NCBI GenBank assembly: GCA_963749155.1
Contig: CAVVLO010000002.1
Location: forward strand, 160,001-224,000
Direction of reading: 5' to 3'
Length of the DNA: 64,000 nt
Source: an uncultured Armatimonadia bacterium
Lineage (GTDB): Bacteria > Armatimonadota > Zipacnadia > CAVVLO01
Shown: one piece after another, positions 20,631-27,900 of the stretch
Position numbering within the stretch: the stretch's first letter is position 1
How the letters are laid out: the number at the start of each line of letters is the position of its first letter
The notes under the pieces: generated by a model
Told to the model about the DNA's origin: nothing
Databases searched by the model: none
Seen by the model: only the letters and a program-made list of their open reading frames with translations
Position numbers and translations under genes: made by a program

Positions 20631-21904
20631 GACTCCCGTTCACCGCCGGCCTCGTGGCGAGGCAGACGCGCAACCAGTGCGTCCAGAGCATCAGCGTGCT
20701 GGGCTTCCAAAGGGTACACGATGAAGGTGCATTCTTCATCGCCGACTGCCTGGCAAGCCATCTCTTCACAATTGCAGGGGGCGCCGGTAAGCAGTTCTGC
20801 CGTACGCGACAAAAATCCCCGAGCGAAATCATCTGCCTGACGTCCAGCAGGAGTCATGGCCTGGAAAAGTCCGGTGCCAGCAAAACGCAGTTCTCCAGAG
20901 GCCTCCTGAGACTCCGCAAGCCTGAGTTCGCCAAGGCCCTGGAGCTGGAAGGCCTTCAGTCGCTCGCCCAGGCTGCCACCGAGTTTCTCAGCCAGTCGCC
21001 CGCCCGTATTATACATCGCGAGGGTCGACTCTCTCATCTGGTCGCCAAGGTCTTTCAGGATCTCGCCCACGAGCTGCCTGGAGACGGAACTTGCCTTGAG
21101 TTGGGCCTGAGCGCGTTCGAGTCGCCTGGCCATCTCATTTAGCGTGATAGCGAGCAAGCCAAGTTCATCTTTGGTATGGACAGTTGCGCGACGTGAAAGT
21201 TTCCCCGAAGCCAGTTGCTCGGCCACCGTAGACAGCTCCATAATGCGAGCCGAGATGCCTTTTGAGACCCAGATGCCCGCCCCAAGCGCAAGGAACACTG
21301 TCAAGATTAGCGCTGTAAGCACCAGAGAGTTGGCCCTGCCTGTAGCCTGGTCTATCTGCTCACGCGAGAGCTTCCTTGCCTGGGCTACTAACTGCTGAGC
21401 CTCAAGAGCCGCGCTGCGGAAGGCGGCTGCGCGCCGGCTGTTGGCGCCACTAAGCTCTGTGGCTCGAGTAGCCACAGAGTGCGCCTGATCGAGTATGCCG
21501 AGTAGTGCTGCAACGAAATCATCAACCTGGGGAGTTGCGGTTCCCACTCCCACATCCAGTGGAGAGATATTACTAAGCGAAAAGCCTGCGCGCTGGGCTT
21601 CCTTTTGCAGTTCGTCAGACTTCGAACTCCACTCGCGAGCCAGTTCGGCCAGCTCCTGAGGAGGAGCCTCCTGAGGAGCTTCAGCAATCAGGGCTGTCCG
21701 TTCACTTAGTCCACCCAGCTCTGCCAGCAACTCGAAAAGGCTTGACTGACTTTGGATACGACTCAGCGAACCCGAAATAAACCACAGCAAGACACCAAAG
21801 ACGCCACAGACCAGCAGAGGCACCGCAATTATCTTGGTGCCTACACCGAACCGCACCGTCATCACCTGGCTTGCCAGACGACTCAGTGGATCATGCCGGG
21901 CCAT
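20627..21904 (-). CDS. Membrane sensor: 2 TM, extracytoplasmic helical domain, HAMP, C-terminal V4R domain
   Basis: Two TM helices; HAMP LASGKLS..DELGLLAITLNEMARRL; V4R FARGFL..EEMACQAVGDEECTF. Confidence 0.8.
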   Translation of the reverse strand: MARHDPLSRLASQVMTVRFGVGTKIIAVPLLVCGVFGVLLWFISGSLSRIQSQSSLFELLAELGGLSERTALIAEAPQEAPPQELAELAREWSSKSDELQKEAQRAGFSLSNISPLDVGVGTATPQVDDFVAALLGILDQAHSVATRATELSGANSRRAAAFRSAALEAQQLVAQARKLSREQIDQATGRANSLVLTALILTVFLALGAGIWVSKGISARIMELSTVAEQLASGKLSRRATVHTKDELGLLAITLNEMARRLERAQAQLKASSVSRQLVGEILKDLGDQMRESTLAMYNTGGRLAEKLGGSLGERLKAFQLQGLGELRLAESQEASGELRFAGTGLFQAMTPAGRQADDFARGFLSRTAELLTGAPCNCEEMACQAVGDEECTFIVYPLEAQHADALDALVARLPRHEAGGERES

Positions 21905-21914
21905 CGTTTCCGGC

Positions 21915-22652
21915 TCACTCCCTGTAGTAGTCGGCGTTGACGACAAGCCCCTGCTGGGGTTTCAGGGCAAAGGGGAAGGCCCGGGGGTCGAAAGGCTGGC
22001 CACGCACCTTGGAAACTCGCAGATTGCGTTTGGGCACGCCGCCTCTTTCTTCCGCCACAAAGAGTTCTGCGATCACGTCATAAGCATTGGTCAGGCCATA
22101 AGTCTCCACAGGCCCCATTGCCGAGGAGAGATACAAGTCTAATAGCACTACGTTATCTTCGCGCAGCAACCTGTTCTTGTCGTAGATAAGGTTCACAAAG
22201 TCTCGCGGCGAGTAGTTGACCATAACTGATGCCAGGGAATCTATGACGACTCGACAGGGCCTGCCTGCTTTATCAACCGCCGATTTGATCACGTAGAGCA
22301 GTTCCTGCTGGTCGGCCTTGTCCGAGACGAAATAGCCCCCAGAGCGCTGCTGTGAGAAAGCATCCAGCACCAGCAGCTTGCCCTCACGCTCATAAGGATC
22401 TGTACCGAAACCGAATTTTTTAAGGGCGCGCCGTATCCTGTCCGGCGACTCGTCGCAAGCAACAAAGACAGCCGACTCTCTGGCCCGCAAGCCCTCGACG
22501 ATGAATTGATAACCGAAGGTAGACTTGCCGGCTCCGCTGTCCCCAGTCACTTGCCAGGCGGTCCCGAAGGGAATCGGCTCGCTAAGTATGCCCTCAAGCG
22601 GTGTGAAACGTACTCCCTCTTCGCCCTGTGGCGTGGCTCGCTCCTCGCTCAC
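21915..22652 (-). CDS. Single-domain KaiC/RAD55-like ATPase (#3)
   Basis: GDSGAGKST, FVACDESP, VVIDSL, VSKVRG. Confidence 0.85.
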   Translation of the reverse strand: MSEERATPQGEEGVRFTPLEGILSEPIPFGTAWQVTGDSGAGKSTFGYQFIVEGLRARESAVFVACDESPDRIRRALKKFGFGTDPYEREGKLLVLDAFSQQRSGGYFVSDKADQQELLYVIKSAVDKAGRPCRVVIDSLASVMVNYSPRDFVNLIYDKNRLLREDNVVLLDLYLSSAMGPVETYGLTNAYDVIAELFVAEERGGVPKRNLRVSKVRGQPFDPRAFPFALKPQQGLVVNADYYRE

Positions 22653-24062
22653 TTAGCTCATCTCCTCGCCACCGGGCACGTAGTACACCCGGATGCCTTC
22701 CTGGGTGATGGCCATCCTGTGCTCGCCCATCACGTGGCGCGTAGCGCGCAGTTTATAAACCTCAAGGCTGCGCCGACGTTTGGAATCCTGCTGCTGCACT
22801 CTCAGCACCACGACCCCGTCTACCAGTGATTCCTCAGTCTTAAAATTGCTAAGGTCGAGGGCGCCAGAGGTCGTTGGTGACACCAGGACTGATGTTGACT
22901 TGCAGGACTTTAACAGGTCGACAAGCTGAGCCAGCTTCTCGGCTACCAGCCCATCGTCCTCCGAGATCGAGTGCAGCATCGAGGCAACCGAATCCACTGC
23001 CACTCGCTTTGCGCCAGTGGTCTCAAGCAGCTCGCGCACTTCAAGCAGATGCTTGTCGACGTTCAGGTCTACAATGGGAAAAGACCGGAGCACCAGCTTG
23101 CCTTCCTCTACTAGCTGTCTCACAGGCCAGCCAAAGCTCTCGCCGAGTTCGACAAGTTGCCCTTCGGCCTCTTCATAGAGCAGCATCAAACCGACTTCGC
23201 CAAATTCCAGAGCGCCTCTTGTCAGATATTGCAGAGAGAGAATCGTCTTGCCAGTGCCAGCGGCTCCCGACAGCAGAGTTACAGCCCCCTGGGGGAAGCC
23301 TCCCCCAAGCAGTCTGTCTATCTCCGACAGGCCAAAAGCGCATCGGACGTCACTCTTAAGCACGGCTGGCTGGCCACTGGTCAGTTTTCGCGGGAAGACC
23401 TGCAGCCCGTCAGGATCTATCTCATACGAATGCCGGCCTGGCATAAAACCCGAACCGCGCATCTTGTGGACCGACAACCAGCGTCCCCCGCCTCGGGTCT
23501 GCTCGTCATTCTCGAGGTACAGCACCCCGTCAGCGATGGCAAATTCCGGCTCGGATTCGAGTTGATCAGCGGTATATTCACCAATCAGGAAGGTGGTGCA
23601 TTGCCAGCCGGCCATCTTCACCGCCAGGTCGTAGACGAACTTCCGGAACTCGCTAACCGAGGGCGCCAAGTCGTGGATAGCCTTGAAGCTATCGATTACC
23701 ACAACGGCAGGCCGGATCTGCTTTACCATCTCGATAAGCCGAGATTGGGCATCTCCGAGCCCTTCCTGGCGCACAATAGCGCCAATATCATTGAAAAATA
23801 CGCTTGTACCGACTTTATCCTGGTCGAAGAAAGTGAAGCCTTGCTGATAGCGCAGCACCTTGACCGAGGGCTCGGACAAGGTAGTGACATACATCGCTTT
23901 GCGCTCTTCGCTGGCGTTGTGGAACATCATCTCTTGAGCCAGGACAGTCTTCCCGGTACCGGGGCTTCCAGCTATCACGTTAACCGAATAGGCAGGAAAA
24001 CCTCCGCTGAGGATACGATCCAGATTCGGGATGCCTGTGGGCAGTCGCTCCAACTCGCACAC
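22653..24062 (-). CDS. KaiC-like double-domain ATPase (#2)
   Basis: TGIPNLDRILSGG, GSPGTGKT, TTLSEP, KMRG; GAAGTGKT, YEE, KLRA. Start may be TTG at 24053. Confidence 0.92.
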   Translation of the reverse strand: MCELERLPTGIPNLDRILSGGFPAYSVNVIAGSPGTGKTVLAQEMMFHNASEERKAMYVTTLSEPSVKVLRYQQGFTFFDQDKVGTSVFFNDIGAIVRQEGLGDAQSRLIEMVKQIRPAVVVIDSFKAIHDLAPSVSEFRKFVYDLAVKMAGWQCTTFLIGEYTADQLESEPEFAIADGVLYLENDEQTRGGGRWLSVHKMRGSGFMPGRHSYEIDPDGLQVFPRKLTSGQPAVLKSDVRCAFGLSEIDRLLGGGFPQGAVTLLSGAAGTGKTILSLQYLTRGALEFGEVGLMLLYEEAEGQLVELGESFGWPVRQLVEEGKLVLRSFPIVDLNVDKHLLEVRELLETTGAKRVAVDSVASMLHSISEDDGLVAEKLAQLVDLLKSCKSTSVLVSPTTSGALDLSNFKTEESLVDGVVVLRVQQQDSKRRRSLEVYKLRATRHVMGEHRMAITQEGIRVYYVPGGEEMS

Positions 24063-24108
24063 CTTCCCACACTTCGGCCCAGGCTACAAACCTTGGCCGC
24101 GACGGTGT

Positions 24109-24478
24109 TCAGTCTCCGTTGAGCTGATGCTCGGCCTGTTCCACGTCGGGTCTAAGATGCTTGACCACGACCTGACCGGTCAGAGTGGAGACATTCGAAA
24201 ATCAGCCGGGTGAATAGAGTCTTAAAAGCCTCTTTAAGTCGCTCGGGCGGCACCTCATCGAAGACGCTCACGTCTTCGGGAAGACGCACCCCTTCGTCAG
24301 TGACCTCGATGTATTCCAGGAAATGGTACTCCCCCGCCGCATCGAAAATGGCTGCCTCAATCATCGTCTGCAGGGCCACTGGCCCGAGCATACTGACTGC
24401 TTTGCGCCATATCGAGCGGAGCACCTCGGAATACACCTCGAGGATCTGCCGCTGGCTTAGTTCAGTCTGGCCGTTCAC
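24109..24478 (-). CDS. Small helical KaiC-associated protein; one-base frameshift at the A-run 24198-24201
   Basis: Paralog of 25919-26260. Removing one base gives ..LISNVSTLTGQVVVKHL..NGD* matching the paralog's ARLTGNALARRI. Confidence 0.7.
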
Positions 24479-24490
24479 GGCGTCTACCCC

Positions 24491-25891
24491 TCACTCCCAC
24501 TGGATTTCGACAGGGTCAGCCAGTACAAGCCCCTGGTTGCTAATACAGAGCTCTCTAGCCTGTCGAGAGTGATCGCTAGCATGCATCTTGAGTATGAGCA
24601 ACGCTTTCTTCATCGCGCCCTGGTCATAGGTGTACTGAAGCATCAGCACGTTGTCCACCAGGGTGAAAAGCCCTTGTTCGGAAAGCGAACGCGCTCCAAA
24701 CAACTCGGGTACATTGTCCACCAACAAGGTCGTCACGCCCTGCCTTGCCAGGCGACGAAGCAAGGAGTGGAAGAAACCTTGCGCATTGATACTCGCATCG
24801 AAGGCTTGCCGCAGCTCGCTTACGCTATCGAGTACGAGTCTTTTGGTGCCAGTCCGTTGCACCTTCGTCAGCAGGTCGGTAGTAAAACGTTCTGGCTCCA
24901 GGCTGCGCGGAGAGAGAGGCCAAATCTCGACCTGATTCCCCTTCAGCGATACCCCTGCGCCTGCCGAAGTGCCGCGAAGCTCAGCTTCCGACTGACGGAA
25001 ACTCACTAACAATCCTGGGTCACTAGCAGCTTGTCCGGCTGCAAGGAAGCTCATCGCGACAAGGGACTTCCCCACGCCGCTCGGGCCGATGACAAGGGTG
25101 CTGGTGCCGCGCGGGATGCCTCCCCCACAAGCCTCATCAAGCCCCCTTACCTGGAGGCCAACTCGATCAGCTACGGATTCGACCGAATTCTCACAGATAA
25201 AATGCTCGCTTTCCAGATTCGGGAACAGCCGCAAGCCATCAGTGGTGATTTCGAAATAATGCTTGCCAATCTCGAAATCACTACCGCGCATCTTGACGAC
25301 TTCAAGAGAACGCCGCCGCCGCGCGCCATTGCCTTCAAAAGTCAGCTCGAGTACGCCATCGGCGATGGCGAATATCGACTCGGTGCGCATCTCTTCTTCT
25401 GTGTATTCGCCAATCAGGAAAGTAGTGCATTCCCAGGCCGACAGTTTCAGCGCCAAATCAAAACCAAACTTGCGGACTTCCTTGTTGTCGGTCGCAAGAT
25501 CGTTAATGGCTTTGAAAGAGTCAATACAAACGAGCCCTGGCTGCGTCTTGCGCACCTGATGCAGAATCTGCTGGAGCGTCTCGTTTAGACCTTTCTCACG
25601 GATCAGATGGGCCAGGTCCAGATAGACAACACTATCATTGAAACGGTCGATGTTGAAGTAGGAAAAACGTGACTGATAGCGCAACAGCTTGAGCGCTGGC
25701 TCGGACAAAGTGGTCATGTAGATGGCCTTGAAATTGACCGAAGCATTGTAAAACAGACTTTGATGAACCAGGGTAGTTTTTCCGCCGCCAGGCCTTCCGC
25801 TGATTATGTTGACCGAATACAGCGGAAACCCACCGTGCAGGATTTTGTCCAACCCCGCATTGCCCGTAGCCAGCTTGGGTAGCCCAGGTAT
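24491..25891 (-). CDS. KaiC-like double-domain ATPase (#1) with degenerate second domain
   Basis: LATGNAGLDKILHGG, GRPGGGKT, TTLSEP, KMRG; second domain GPSGVGKS, SFRQ, KMHA. Start uncertain (ATA 25891 or TTG 25852). Confidence 0.88.
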   Translation of the reverse strand: MPGLPKLATGNAGLDKILHGGFPLYSVNIISGRPGGGKTTLVHQSLFYNASVNFKAIYMTTLSEPALKLLRYQSRFSYFNIDRFNDSVVYLDLAHLIREKGLNETLQQILHQVRKTQPGLVCIDSFKAINDLATDNKEVRKFGFDLALKLSAWECTTFLIGEYTEEEMRTESIFAIADGVLELTFEGNGARRRRSLEVVKMRGSDFEIGKHYFEITTDGLRLFPNLESEHFICENSVESVADRVGLQVRGLDEACGGGIPRGTSTLVIGPSGVGKSLVAMSFLAAGQAASDPGLLVSFRQSEAELRGTSAGAGVSLKGNQVEIWPLSPRSLEPERFTTDLLTKVQRTGTKRLVLDSVSELRQAFDASINAQGFFHSLLRRLARQGVTTLLVDNVPELFGARSLSEQGLFTLVDNVLMLQYTYDQGAMKKALLILKMHASDHSRQARELCISNQGLVLADPVEIQWE

Positions 25892-25918
25892 AGGGGATCA
25901 CTCCCGGCGCGGAAGCGC

Positions 25919-26260
25919 TTAATCTGGCCCGCCAGGCACGTTGTCCATAATACGCCTGGCCAACGCGTTGCCTGTAAGGCGAGCAATAATGGCGAAGATA
26001 TTACCTATGACTTCGGTCAGGGCTTGCCTGACTTCAACCGGGTCTAACTCGGCACTTCGGTTTTTCAACTCGCCAAGGTCGAGTCCGGTAGGCTTGGCCT
26101 GCACCAGTTCTGCCAAAGGATATTCTTCGGCGGTGCGGTAAAGGGCGCTCGAGCAAATCTCCTCGACTGCTGCTGTGCCAAGAGTCGGGAGAATCTTGTC
26201 CCAGATCGCGCCCAAAATATCTTCGTAAATTTCGACGGTCTGCTGGACGATATCCACCAT
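25919..26260 (-). CDS. Small helical KaiC-associated protein, first gene of the operon
   Basis: GAGGT RBS; IWDKILPTLG..ALYRTAEEYP..LTG pattern shared with 24109-24478. Confidence 0.75.
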   Translation of the reverse strand: MVDIVQQTVEIYEDILGAIWDKILPTLGTAAVEEICSSALYRTAEEYPLAELVQAKPTGLDLGELKNRSAELDPVEVRQALTEVIGNIFAIIARLTGNALARRIMDNVPGGPD

Positions 26261-26324
26261 CTGTAACCTCTAATAATTGCAGCCCATACCGCAAAGGGCC
26301 GGTCAAAGGGCCTTGTCGCCCGTG

Positions 26325-26333
26325 ATTATAACA
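26325..26333 (-). promoter_or_regulatory. Extended -10 promoter (TGTTATAAT) of the KaiC-like operon
   Basis: Perfect TGnTATAAT about 65 bp upstream of the first gene, flanked by AGGGCCGGTCA repeats. Confidence 0.55.
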
Positions 26334-26391
26334 CAGGGCCGGTCAGACAACCTCCCGGCCCTGCTCTTCGCTTGCAGTTTACCACTTCGAC

Positions 26392-27576
26392 TTAGAACAG
26401 GCGCCACTTGTGTTCGAGGAATCCTAGCTGGATATTCTTCCAGTCGGCCAGGACTTCCTGCACGATGGCATAGATTGTCTCTTCGAGGTCTTGGGTTGGC
26501 ACCTCCGCTTCGACTTCCACGTTGACTTCGTTGGGTTCGTTGATAGGATGGCCGATGCGGCTTAGCATATAGCACTGAGCTGCTGTCACTGGCTCTATAT
26601 CTTCGACTCTTTCGGCGATAAGTTGTGCCATTACCGAATAGATTTTCCCGACATGGCTTACGGGATTTTTTCCGCAGGCGGCTTCAAGAGTCATTGGCCT
26701 GTAAGGCGTGATAAGCCCATTTGGCCTGTTGCCACGCCCAACCTGGCCATCGTCGCCGGCCTCGGCGCTGGTGCCTGTGATAGTAAGATAAGCCTGTTGG
26801 GGATCGTCAGCCGTGTTGACCGACACCTTGCAGGCGCGATGAGTAAGTCCCTGTGCCAAATCCAGTATCGTCTGCTCAATAAGAGCCTTGGCCTCATCAT
26901 AAGCTGCTCTATTTGGCAACTCGGAGGCGACCATTGCACAAGCGACAGTAAGGTCGAGCTCGTCGCCCTGGCGAAGGCCCATTATCTTTATATCAGTGCC
27001 GATCTCGGGATGTTCCTGCTTGAACTCGAAGGAGTTGAGCACATGCTCTCCATCGAGCACGACTTTCTCAAGGTCGCTAAGGGGCCAGTAACCTACACCG
27101 AAGGAGGTATCATTGGCGCGTGGAACCGCAAGCGCCTGCGAAGCATCATAATTGTGCTGCAAGTCGAGAGAACCGGCCCGGATACGGGCATCTACAACCA
27201 ACCTGTCGCTGCCAACAAGCCGAGGCAGGTCGGTGGCAATCCAGTCAAGGGTGGTGGCCTGAGCAAATTCGAGCATATTAAGCTGGCCATCGATTGGTGT
27301 AGCGCGACCAACGAGGATAATCTCGATAGGGTCAAGCAGCTTCCCACCGCCAAATACTGGCTCAGTTCTGCCACCTACCAGCACGCACTTGTCCACGTTG
27401 TGATGGAGGATACGTCCACATGCCTCCAGATAACGCTTGCTCAGCGCAATACTGAGTTCTTCAGCAGCCCTGTCCGCAATAGAGTCAGGATGGCCCATAC
27501 CTTTACGCTCGACTATCTCGACAGGCATAAAGTTGGCGTTGGGGCGAGTGGGATTTGAGACTTTAATCCGTGGCAT
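26392..27576 (-). CDS. mat: Archaeal-type S-adenosylmethionine synthetase
   Basis: EIVERKGMGHPD, HHNVDK, ANDTSFGVG, GTSAEAGDDGQVGRGNR, EAACGKNPVSHVGKIY. Confidence 0.93.
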   Translation of the reverse strand: MPRIKVSNPTRPNANFMPVEIVERKGMGHPDSIADRAAEELSIALSKRYLEACGRILHHNVDKCVLVGGRTEPVFGGGKLLDPIEIILVGRATPIDGQLNMLEFAQATTLDWIATDLPRLVGSDRLVVDARIRAGSLDLQHNYDASQALAVPRANDTSFGVGYWPLSDLEKVVLDGEHVLNSFEFKQEHPEIGTDIKIMGLRQGDELDLTVACAMVASELPNRAAYDEAKALIEQTILDLAQGLTHRACKVSVNTADDPQQAYLTITGTSAEAGDDGQVGRGNRPNGLITPYRPMTLEAACGKNPVSHVGKIYSVMAQLIAERVEDIEPVTAAQCYMLSRIGHPINEPNEVNVEVEAEVPTQDLEETIYAIVQEVLADWKNIQLGFLEHKWRLF

Positions 27577-27631
27577 CTAGATTCCTCCCTAGTAGGTTGC
27601 CAACCCAGCCGGGAGGGAAGCGAGGGGAAAT

Positions 27632-27660
27632 AAAAAAACCCCTCTCTGCGAGAAGGGGCT
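27632..27660 (-). terminator. Intrinsic terminator, expression platform of the SAM riboswitch
   Basis: On the minus strand CCCCTTCTCGCAGAGAGGGG is followed by TTTTTTT. Confidence 0.85.
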
Positions 27661-27679
27661 TAGACGATGCAGTCTCTGC

Positions 27680-27792
27680 CCTTATCTTCCGCAGAGCTTC
27701 CGCCTGCGCTGGAGTTAGCACCGTCCCCTCGGATAATCCGGGGGGGTTGCTGCGGCTTCACAGGGCCAGTCCCTCAGCCGCTCTCGATAAGG
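27680..27792 (-). ncRNA. SAM-I riboswitch (S-box)
   Basis: Minus strand CCTTATCGAGAG..GAGGGACTGGCCC.TGAAGCC.GCAACC...GGTGCTAACTCC...GAAGATAAGG, with P1 CCTTATC/GATAAGG, upstream of SAM synthetase. Confidence 0.95.
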
Positions 27793-27900
27793 TATATCGG
27801 CGGGATTCTACCAACCTTGAGAGGTAAAGGTCAACTTATCTTTATTTTTTCTGCGGCTCAGTTGTCTGGACTGGTCCTTTATCGGACAATGAAGGCAACA

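Noticed and set aside
18560..25891. Canonical circadian clock (kaiABC) or gas-vesicle regulator gvpD
   Set aside because: No KaiA, KaiB or gvp structural genes nearby, and no paralog retains the ST phosphosite pair.
26623..27558. 311-aa plus-strand ORF antisense to mat (similarly 23157-24122, 41752-42516, 54353-55243, 57059-58000)
   Set aside because: Shadow ORFs opposite well-supported genes, with no recognisable motifs.
27667..27900. N-terminal extension of the CHASE2 cyclase ORF
   Set aside because: It overlaps the antisense SAM riboswitch and promoter region; the TM/signal segment begins only after ATG 27901.
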